Of a DNA stretch of 24,000 nt, positions 8,540 through 15,591 are shown one piece after another. The first letter of the stretch is position 1. Each line of letters begins with the position of its first letter. Made by a program: the position numbers and the translations under genes. The notes under the pieces were generated by a model. The model saw only the letters and a program-made list of their open reading frames with translations, was not told where the DNA came from and did no database searches. Origin of the DNA: Alphaproteobacteria bacterium (GTDB lineage: Bacteria; Pseudomonadota; Alphaproteobacteria; Rickettsiales; Arcanibacteraceae); the NCBI GenBank assembly GCA_046313435.1, contig JBKBYG010000020.1, forward strand, positions 1 to 24,000. Reading direction: 5' to 3'.

Positions 8540-10294
8540 CTAATTATTGTTTTTATCCGGTAAAAATCCTTCAATTTGTGCATCCCATAAAGTTTTATAT
8601 AAACCTTCCTTATTTCGAAGCTCAATATGAGTACCATCTTGAATAATCTTTCCTTTATCAAAAACAATTATTCTATCCATATTAAGTAAAGTCGATAATC
8701 TATGGGCAATTACTATACTTGTTCTATTTTGCATCAGTCTAGATAAGCTGCTTTGAATCATTTGCTCAGTAAGTGTATCTAATTGACTAGTAGCCTCATC
8801 CAAAATTAATATTGGAGCATTTTTGAGTATTGCACGAGCAATTGCAATACGTTGTCTTTGTCCACCAGAAAGTTTTGCCCCGCGTTCGCCAACTTCCATA
8901 TCATATTTTTCTGGAAAATTTTGTACAAAATCATCTACATGTGCAAGTTTTGCTGCTTGAATCACTTCTTCATCTGAAGCATCCAATTTACCATAGCGAA
9001 TATTTTCCATTATTGAACGATTAAATAAAGAAGGATCTTGAGGAATAGTAGCAATTGATGCACGGAGAGAATCTTGCTTAATATTCCTAATATCCATTCC
9101 GTCAATTAATATACTGCCGGAAGTAACATCAAATAATCTTAATATCAAGTTGACAAAGCTTGTTTTTCCGCTCCCTGAGTAACCTACAAGTCCAACTTTT
9201 TCACCAGAATTAATTTTTACCGATAGATCATTAAATAAAGGATTGTCCTTTTTATATTTGAAGGTCACTTTATCAAAATTAATTTCTCCAAGTTTAATCT
9301 TAAAGTCAATTGCATCTTTTGAATCAACAATTTCTATAGGCTGATAGATTGTATTTAATGCTTGTCCTACTATTCCCCAATTTTCAGTGAAAGTTCTCAT
9401 TTCATTTGATAAATCCCAAAGACTATCAATTATCCAAATATTTATACTAATGATCATTGCAAAATCACCTGCGGTGACTTGTCCTTTTGAATATAATTTA
9501 ATAAGGAGAAGAATACTAAATGTTTGGTAGATAGCAAAAGCAATACCTTGATAAAAGTAAAATCTAAGCATGTACCAACGTCTTTGCTGAGAAGCAATTA
9601 AATAATTTTCTTGAACGTCTCCTAATTTTCTAAGCTCATATTTTTTACTTTTAAACAATCTTACGCTTGTAATATTGCCAAGAAAATCTACGATTTGTCC
9701 CATAACTTTTGAAGAAGCCTCAGCAGAGTATCTTGAGAGTTCAGTAGATTTTTTTGCAGAGTAATATGAAAATACTACAAATGCACATGCCCAAATCAAA
9801 AAACTCAAAGAAAACCATATATGTATTGTTGTTAGTGCGTAAAAAGCCGTCAAAATTCCTAGTCCATTTTGTAAAAATGAAAAGAAAATATTAAAAATTA
9901 TAAGTAATACATAACTTGCTACATCATTTATTTTTGCTGCTATGCTTCCTGTGAAATTATTCTGAAAAAAATTATAAGAATGAGAAAAAATTTGCTTTGA
10001 TAAAATTTGAGCAATATGATTTTTTAAAGCAGGCTCATATTTAAGAGTACACCAATCATATATTCTCCAAATAAAAGGTGCAATAAAGTGTAAAACTATA
10101 TACCAAGGTATAATAGCAATAATTTTCTGAGTTGCAGCTTCAATTGGAGTTTCACTTGCAGCATTAACAAGTAATTTGATAATATACGGCCTAATTGAAG
10201 CATCAAATGAAAAGAAGATAGATATCAATATTGGCCCAATAAGGTAATACTTATAAGGGCGCATAGCGTAAATTATAAATTTCGAAGTTTTCAT
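8540..10294 (-). CDS. ABC exporter half-transporter (TMD + NBD), paralog 2
   Basis: 584 aa. Walker A GYSGSGKTS, Q-loop IPQDPSLF, LSGGQRQR, ILILDEATS, IAHRLST. It is colinear with paralog 1 from the N-terminus (M..KFII....PYK.YL.G) to the C-terminus (LNMDRI.VFDKGKIIQDG). Confidence 0.9.
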   Translation of the reverse strand: MKTSKFIIYAMRPYKYYLIGPILISIFFSFDASIRPYIIKLLVNAASETPIEAATQKIIAIIPWYIVLHFIAPFIWRIYDWCTLKYEPALKNHIAQILSKQIFSHSYNFFQNNFTGSIAAKINDVASYVLLIIFNIFFSFLQNGLGILTAFYALTTIHIWFSLSFLIWACAFVVFSYYSAKKSTELSRYSAEASSKVMGQIVDFLGNITSVRLFKSKKYELRKLGDVQENYLIASQQRRWYMLRFYFYQGIAFAIYQTFSILLLIKLYSKGQVTAGDFAMIISINIWIIDSLWDLSNEMRTFTENWGIVGQALNTIYQPIEIVDSKDAIDFKIKLGEINFDKVTFKYKKDNPLFNDLSVKINSGEKVGLVGYSGSGKTSFVNLILRLFDVTSGSILIDGMDIRNIKQDSLRASIATIPQDPSLFNRSIMENIRYGKLDASDEEVIQAAKLAHVDDFVQNFPEKYDMEVGERGAKLSGGQRQRIAIARAILKNAPILILDEATSQLDTLTEQMIQSSLSRLMQNRTSIVIAHRLSTLLNMDRIIVFDKGKIIQDGTHIELRNKEGLYKTLWDAQIEGFLPDKNNN

Positions 10295-10330
10295 TTCATT
10301 CTTACTAAATATATTCCTATAAAAATATAA

Positions 10331-10360
10331 ATTATATAAGTAAAGTTACTAAAATGACAA
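10331..10360 (-). promoter_or_regulatory. candidate sigma70-type promoter for ABC paralog 2
   Basis: On the minus strand: TTGTCA (10360-10355), 18-nt spacer, perfect TATAAT (10336-10331), about 37 nt upstream of the ATG at 10294. This is the best -35/-10 pair I found in the window. Confidence 0.4.
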
Positions 10361-10369
10361 GTATATGTT

Positions 10370-10449
10370 ATACCATTTCTCATTTATATTACTACCTTGT
10401 CGTGAGTGCGGTCTTATATTATATATATGCTAACTCGCTTTCGCCTTCA
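10370..10449. repeat. decayed/truncated second copy of the palindromic element, same orientation as the copy at 8413
   Basis: The first 26 nt (ATACCATTTCTCATTTATATTACTAC) are identical to 8413-8438. Recognisable blocks follow: GTCGTgAGTGCG and TATATATGCTaACTCGCTTTCGcCTTC. The right inverted repeat is missing, or degenerate (ATAAATatagagcaatat up to ~10473). Confidence 0.6.
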
Positions 10450-10618
10450 ATAAGCATAAATATAGAGCAATATAAAAAGGGGAAATAAGAATTTATTTTT
10501 AAACTCATCAATTAGATTTTCTTTATATTATATTGATAAATATAGATATTCTCACTTAAGAATTTGAAGTGCAAAATTTAATTATCAGTTTTCTTTTTAA
10601 ACATTGCACTGACTTATG

Positions 10619-12646
10619 TCATCTATTCCAGTTTCTTTTTCCTAAATAATTATTTAAATATAATATTTTAATTTTAGAGTTAAGAAAGACCATTACTAAA
10701 TTGCCATTTTCTAAGTTATTTGCATTTATATACAAATCCTTATCAATGAACATATTATTATAATCTACTATAAGATCCCCATTAAAAGATTGGATATTAT
10801 TTGCATCTTTCTTAATAAATTGAACCGTATAATTATTTTTTCTTAAAGAACATATTAAGTTATCACATTGAAAATCAGAAAAATTTGTAGGGTTTTTATT
10901 ATCATCATAAAGAAATTCATTTTGACCATAGTAATTCATCCAAGCTTCTTTATTAAAAGAGGAAATCTTTTTTCCTCCGAATACAAGATTATTTTTATGA
11001 TTTCGAAACGCGAACTGTTTGTTGCTGATAATGATATCTGCTTTAGGTGTATAAAGATAAATTAAAAATGCTGGAATTAAAAATATCCAAAATAATTTTC
11101 TCCATTTTGCTTGCCATAAGGTAAACCAAAAGCCAGCTAAACTAATTAAAATTAAAGAGATAATAGGGATTTGTGGAACTTTTGCAACTGAACCAGGTAT
11201 TGAAGAAATATAATCCGAGGATTTAATCAAGCCTTCAATTCCATATCCCATAATAATTAAAGGAAGTTTGTGCAAATTAAATGGATAAAATATAAATGCT
11301 AAGATTACGCAAGGCATGATTATAAAAGAAGATAAGGGTACTGCTATAAGATTTGTTATAACCCCATATCCTGAAAATTGATTAAAATGATAGGCTGCAA
11401 AAGGACTAGTCGCGATACTCGCAACAATTGAAGAAAAAAATGTAGAAAATAAATAGAATAAAATTTTATAAATAATTCCATTATCATTATTAGGAAGTTT
11501 AGAAAATTTAATATAATAATCGTAGCAGGCAATTAATGCAATCACTGCTGCAAAAGACATCTGAAAGCTAGGGTTAACAATTGATTCTGGCTGAAATAAT
11601 AAAATAATAAAGTAGGCAAACATTACAGATCTAATTGGAGTTGCTACTCTATCGAGTATAATTGCGACTATGATCATTCCTGTCATAATAAATGATCTTA
11701 TAGCTGCAATCTGTGTGCCGGATATTAATAAATAACCTAAACTTCCTATTATAGCAATAATTGCAGCAAGTTTTTTAACATTAAAATAATTTGCAGAAAA
11801 TGGTAGAAGGTTTAGTAATATCCTACTGAAAAAAAAGAATAATGCTGCAGCAAGTGATAAATGCATACCCGATACGGATAATATATGAGATATACCTGAT
11901 ATGCGCATTGATTCTAAAATTTTCTTATCAATACCATTATATTCACCAATCATAAGGGCGGCAGCTATATTACCTTTACTAGGACCTAATACTTCAATAA
12001 TAGCTTTACCAATCTTCATTCTAAGGTTTTGTAAATACTCACTTTTTTGTGATTCTATGACTTTAATTTTCGATAGGCTGTAACCAATTCCTCCTAGTTG
12101 TTCAAAATATGCTTTAAAGGCAAAATTATATCCATCAATTATAGGAGGTTTAGGCGGTGGCATTAGAGTTGCTTTAAGAGTAATTATGTCTCCGATCAAA
12201 ATATTATTCATTTCGGTACGTATATTTAAACGTATGTTTTTTAGCTTTAACTCTGGATAGCTATCAATTTTTGGATTTGAAATAATAATTTTATAACCTT
12301 TTGGATAAGGTGTAATTGAAGAGAGTTTACCAGTAATTTGTGCATATTTAACTTCTTCAAGCAGTATTTGTGATTCTACTAATTTAATTCTTAAACTAGT
12401 AATCAAAAATCCTAAGCTTATAAAAAATAAAATAATAAATATCCAAAATTTTATTTCCTTTTTAAATATAAAACTTGTAATTAGTAGTATAAAACTTATA
12501 AGGCTAGCATATAAGAGGTTGGGCTCTAATTTTAATGATAAGTTTAAAATTATACCCATAGTAAAAAATACTGGAATCCAAAGGACCCAATTATTTCTAT
12601 CATTAAAAAAATCTGAATAAACTTTACTACAAAATAAACTTAACAT
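10619..12646 (-). CDS. comEC: ComEC/Rec2-family DNA internalisation channel protein (no C-terminal metallo-beta-lactamase domain)
   Basis: A 675-aa polytopic protein. It has an N-terminal TM plus OB-like region (ITGKLSSITPYPKGYKIII) and a competence-domain core motif (ISGISHILSVSGMHLSLAA). No HxHxDH motif is present in the C-terminal ~130 aa. Confidence 0.82.
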   Translation of the reverse strand: MLSLFCSKVYSDFFNDRNNWVLWIPVFFTMGIILNLSLKLEPNLLYASLISFILLITSFIFKKEIKFWIFIILFFISLGFLITSLRIKLVESQILLEEVKYAQITGKLSSITPYPKGYKIIISNPKIDSYPELKLKNIRLNIRTEMNNILIGDIITLKATLMPPPKPPIIDGYNFAFKAYFEQLGGIGYSLSKIKVIESQKSEYLQNLRMKIGKAIIEVLGPSKGNIAAALMIGEYNGIDKKILESMRISGISHILSVSGMHLSLAAALFFFFSRILLNLLPFSANYFNVKKLAAIIAIIGSLGYLLISGTQIAAIRSFIMTGMIIVAIILDRVATPIRSVMFAYFIILLFQPESIVNPSFQMSFAAVIALIACYDYYIKFSKLPNNDNGIIYKILFYLFSTFFSSIVASIATSPFAAYHFNQFSGYGVITNLIAVPLSSFIIMPCVILAFIFYPFNLHKLPLIIMGYGIEGLIKSSDYISSIPGSVAKVPQIPIISLILISLAGFWFTLWQAKWRKLFWIFLIPAFLIYLYTPKADIIISNKQFAFRNHKNNLVFGGKKISSFNKEAWMNYYGQNEFLYDDNKNPTNFSDFQCDNLICSLRKNNYTVQFIKKDANNIQSFNGDLIVDYNNMFIDKDLYINANNLENGNLVMVFLNSKIKILYLNNYLGKRNWNR

Positions 12647-12656
12647 TATAATATTT

Positions 12657-13292
12657 ATGAAAAAATTATCATTATTATTTTTATTTACTACTTTATTTTT
12701 TTTGTTTTTTCCAGAAATAGATTTAAAGCTAGCAAATATAACTTATGATGCGGCTAAAGGTTTTATATGGATTGATCAAAAATTTTTTAGATTAGTATAT
12801 AAGTCTTTATATGTAATTGTTCCTGGATTAACGATAATATTCTTCTGTGCTATAATATTGACTCTTCTATTTAAGAGATATTGCTACTTAAAAAAAAGCA
12901 TTTATTTGTTGTTATGTTTTGCAATAGGTCCTGGCCTTATAGTTAATGTAGCTTTTAAAGAAAATTTTGGTAGAGCACGTCCTGCTCAAATTAAACAATA
13001 TGGAGGGGATAAGAATTTCACAAAAATTTTTCAAATTACAAATCAATGTCAAAAAAATTGCTCATTTACTTCAGGCCATGCAGCCGTGGGATTTTATTTT
13101 AGCGCTTTTAGTTATATTATCAAAACTAACCGTATAAAAAAGTTTATAATTATCATGTCCATATTGTTAGGGAGTATATTAGGGTTGGCTAGAATATTAC
13201 AAGGAGCACATTTTATTAGTGATATAGTTTTTTCTGGAATAATTGTAAATTTAGTAAATTGCTATATAAGTAAATTTTTTAATAAAGATTAG
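12657..13292 (+). CDS. PAP2-superfamily membrane phosphatase
   Basis: The three PAP2 motifs are present: KENFGRARP (KxxxxxxRP), TSGHA (SGH), and ARILQGAHFISD (SRxxxxxHxxxD-like). There are multiple TM segments. Confidence 0.8.
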   Translation: MKKLSLLFLFTTLFFLFFPEIDLKLANITYDAAKGFIWIDQKFFRLVYKSLYVIVPGLTIIFFCAIILTLLFKRYCYLKKSIYLLLCFAIGPGLIVNVAFKENFGRARPAQIKQYGGDKNFTKIFQITNQCQKNCSFTSGHAAVGFYFSAFSYIIKTNRIKKFIIIMSILLGSILGLARILQGAHFISDIVFSGIIVNLVNCYISKFFNKD

Positions 13293-13367
13293 GATTTTAA
13301 CTATTTATTCATTTAAAGGTTATAATATTAACTTTTATATTTAGAAATTTAATATTATACGGTTTAT

Positions 13368-14609
13368 ATGCTTCCTTTATTAGAAAATAGTTATTTATAT
13401 AGTTTTGTAGATTCAAATAGATTTTACTTAGAGCCCTTAAATCATCTTATAAAACAAAATATTAACTGGAGTAAAACTACTGTTAATCCGTTTTCATACA
13501 CTGAGGCCGGTCATTATATTAATGCCGCTTACGAATTATCTGAAAGACTGACGAAAGAATATACTAAGCCTAATTTTAATATTAATCATGTTATGATTGG
13601 TAAGAAAGAAATTCCTATAAAAGAAGTAATAGTAATCTCAAAGCCATTTTGTAAAGTAATTCACTTTAAAAAACACTATACTAAAGAAATGCCAAAACTT
13701 CTTATTGTAGCACCTATGGCAGGCCACCATTCTACATTACTTAAATCGACTGTAGCTGATATGTTACCCTTTTTTGATGTATATATTACAGATTGGATTG
13801 ACGCTAAATTTATCCCAATCTCTGAGGGGTCTTTTGACATGGATGATTATATAAATTACGTAATAGAGTTTTTTGAAAAATTAGCACCAAATTTACACGT
13901 TATGGCAGTTTGTCAACCTACTGTTCCAGTGCTTGCAGCTGTATCAATTTTATCGGAAGATAACAGTAAATATATACCAAAATCCATGATATTAATGGGT
14001 GGTCCAATTGATACACGTAAAAGCCCTACAGCAGTTGATGATTTTGCAATTGAAAAAAGTATAGAATGGTTTAAATCTCACGTTATTACTCGCGTACCCA
14101 TTACTTATCCTGGTTATATGCGTCCAGTATATCCTGGTTTCATTCAACTTACTGGATTTGTATCAATGAACTTTTCAAAGCATTATGATTCTCATATGAA
14201 TTTATTCAAAATGATTATTGAAGGTGATCAAGAAGGAGCAAATAAAATTAGAAGCTTTTATGATGAATATTTTTCAGTAATGGACTTGCCGGCAGAATTT
14301 TATTTACAAACAATCAAACAAGTATTTCAAGATCATGAATTACCGAAAGGAATAATGATCTCTAGAGGAAGAAAAATTAATCCTGCTTCAATCACTAAAT
14401 GTGCTCTTTTCGGTATAGAAGGTGAAAAAGATGATATTTCGGGCCTTGGCCAAACAAAAGCAGCACTTACAATATGCAAAAATATACCACAAGATAAAAA
14501 ACATTATTACATGCAAAAAGAAGTGGGTCATTATGGTGTATTTAGTGGTAGCAAATTCAGGAAATTTATAGTCCCTTTAATTAAAGATTTTGCATATAAT
14601 CTAAAATAA
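13368..14609 (+). CDS. phaZ: intracellular polyhydroxyalkanoate (PHB) depolymerase PhaZ family
   Basis: Colinear blocks that I recall from alphaproteobacterial PhaZ: LLIVAPMAGHHSTLLKSTV, YITDWIDAKFIP, CQPTVPVLAA, MGGPIDTRKSPTAV, VYPGFIQLTGFVSMN, FYDEYFSVMDLPAEFYLQT, VGHYGVFSGSKFR. Confidence 0.8.
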   Translation: MLPLLENSYLYSFVDSNRFYLEPLNHLIKQNINWSKTTVNPFSYTEAGHYINAAYELSERLTKEYTKPNFNINHVMIGKKEIPIKEVIVISKPFCKVIHFKKHYTKEMPKLLIVAPMAGHHSTLLKSTVADMLPFFDVYITDWIDAKFIPISEGSFDMDDYINYVIEFFEKLAPNLHVMAVCQPTVPVLAAVSILSEDNSKYIPKSMILMGGPIDTRKSPTAVDDFAIEKSIEWFKSHVITRVPITYPGYMRPVYPGFIQLTGFVSMNFSKHYDSHMNLFKMIIEGDQEGANKIRSFYDEYFSVMDLPAEFYLQTIKQVFQDHELPKGIMISRGRKINPASITKCALFGIEGEKDDISGLGQTKAALTICKNIPQDKKHYYMQKEVGHYGVFSGSKFRKFIVPLIKDFAYNLK

Positions 14610-14621
14610 GCAAAAATTTAA

Positions 14622-14648
14622 GGCTTAATTTAAGATATTAATTAAGCC
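14622..14648. terminator. hairpin between convergent phaZ and the ankyrin gene (possible bidirectional terminator)
   Basis: 9-bp stem GGCTTAATT (14622-14630) / AATTAAGCC (14640-14648) with a 9-nt loop. On the minus strand it is followed by TTAAATTTTTG. It begins 13 nt after the phaZ stop. Confidence 0.35.
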
Positions 14649-14677
14649 CTAATTAAATATAAGTATCATCTTTTAAA

Positions 14678-15568
14678 TTAAAAAAAATTTCTAGAAGAAA
14701 AATTTATTTTCGAAAATGGATTTTTTATAAACTTTATACTAAAGTTTCCATTTTCCGGGTAGAGTGGAATATCTTTCTCATTTTCATTCCGTGACTTATC
14801 AATACTAAAAAAATTGATTTCATTATCCCCATCAATAGGTATTGTATATATTTTATCGATACAAAAATCTGCCTTATCTAAAATTTCACAAATTTGCAAA
14901 GAAATAATACGGTTTTCTGTATGTAGTTTTTTCAAAGCTGTTTCAATTTTAGCAATATATAAATTGGCACCTCTTGTAACTAATAAGTTTAAAATTTTAG
15001 TATCATCTCTATGTATTGCTAAAGAAACAGGAGTTTCTTGCTTTCTTTCATCACAATAATCTACTTCAGCTCCATTCTCTATTAAATATTTGGCCAAATC
15101 ATAATTTCTATTATCAACAGATTTTAACAAACATTGTCCTAAAGTATTTTTGTCTAATTTCGAATTATTAGATTCAATAACCAATTTTACTAATTCAAAA
15201 TTATTATTTTTAACTGCTATATGTGTTAATATAATTTGCAGAGAAGGGACTATAGCTCCATATTTAATAAGTACTCGAACAAGTGCTAAATCATTATTTT
15301 CAAACGCTATTTTTAACGCTTCTGCATTTTTTAACTTCACATCTGCTTTTAGTTTTTCTAACATATATTCAACAATAGGAATATCTGAATAAACACAAGC
15401 TACCGATAAAAAAGTTTTTTCTCTTTCATCAATAATATAGATTTTATTAATTTCTTTAGGTTCAATATTAGCTAAACACATTTGGGCACAATAAAAATTA
15501 TTTACCCCGCCTTGCAAAATTCTTTCAAATGCTATTAATTTATCTTTCAAAACTTTTTCTGTAAACAT
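14678..15568 (-). CDS. ankyrin-repeat protein
   Basis: 296 aa with 4-5 ANK-like repeats at aa ~52-205 (nt ~14954-15415), e.g. ETPVSLAIHRDDTKILNLLVTRGANL, NYDLAKYLIENGAEVDY and NDLALVRVLIKYGA. No signal peptide. It starts 23 nt after the pepP stop on the same strand. Confidence 0.8.
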   Translation of the reverse strand: MFTEKVLKDKLIAFERILQGGVNNFYCAQMCLANIEPKEINKIYIIDEREKTFLSVACVYSDIPIVEYMLEKLKADVKLKNAEALKIAFENNDLALVRVLIKYGAIVPSLQIILTHIAVKNNNFELVKLVIESNNSKLDKNTLGQCLLKSVDNRNYDLAKYLIENGAEVDYCDERKQETPVSLAIHRDDTKILNLLVTRGANLYIAKIETALKKLHTENRIISLQICEILDKADFCIDKIYTIPIDGDNEINFFSIDKSRNENEKDIPLYPENGNFSIKFIKNPFSKINFSSRNFF

Positions 15569-15591
15569 AATACTATATTAATCAATAAAAA

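Noticed and set aside
8307-8543. 78-aa ORF reading out of the orphan gene's 3' end and through the palindromic element
   Set aside because: It overlaps the orphan gene's 3' end in a different reading frame. Its only GC-rich, 'protein-like' part (YYVVVVRSQARSH...) is the element core. Rickettsia palindromic elements can be translated when inserted inside genes, but here the element is intergenic.
4800-10294. Idea that the two ABC genes form a type I secretion system exporting the orphan protein encoded between them
   Set aside because: No membrane-fusion (HlyD-like) or TolC-like gene lies nearby, and the ABCs have no C39 or CLD N-terminal domain. The orphan's C-terminus is Lys-rich, unlike the acidic or hydrophobic Lys-poor T1SS signals. 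The ABCs look like generic MsbA/Mdl-type exporters.
10560-10618. 7-bp inverted repeat AGTGCAA ... TTGCACT just after the comEC stop as a terminator
   Set aside because: A ~30-nt loop and a short stem give a poor hairpin, and no U-tract lies on the relevant (minus) strand.
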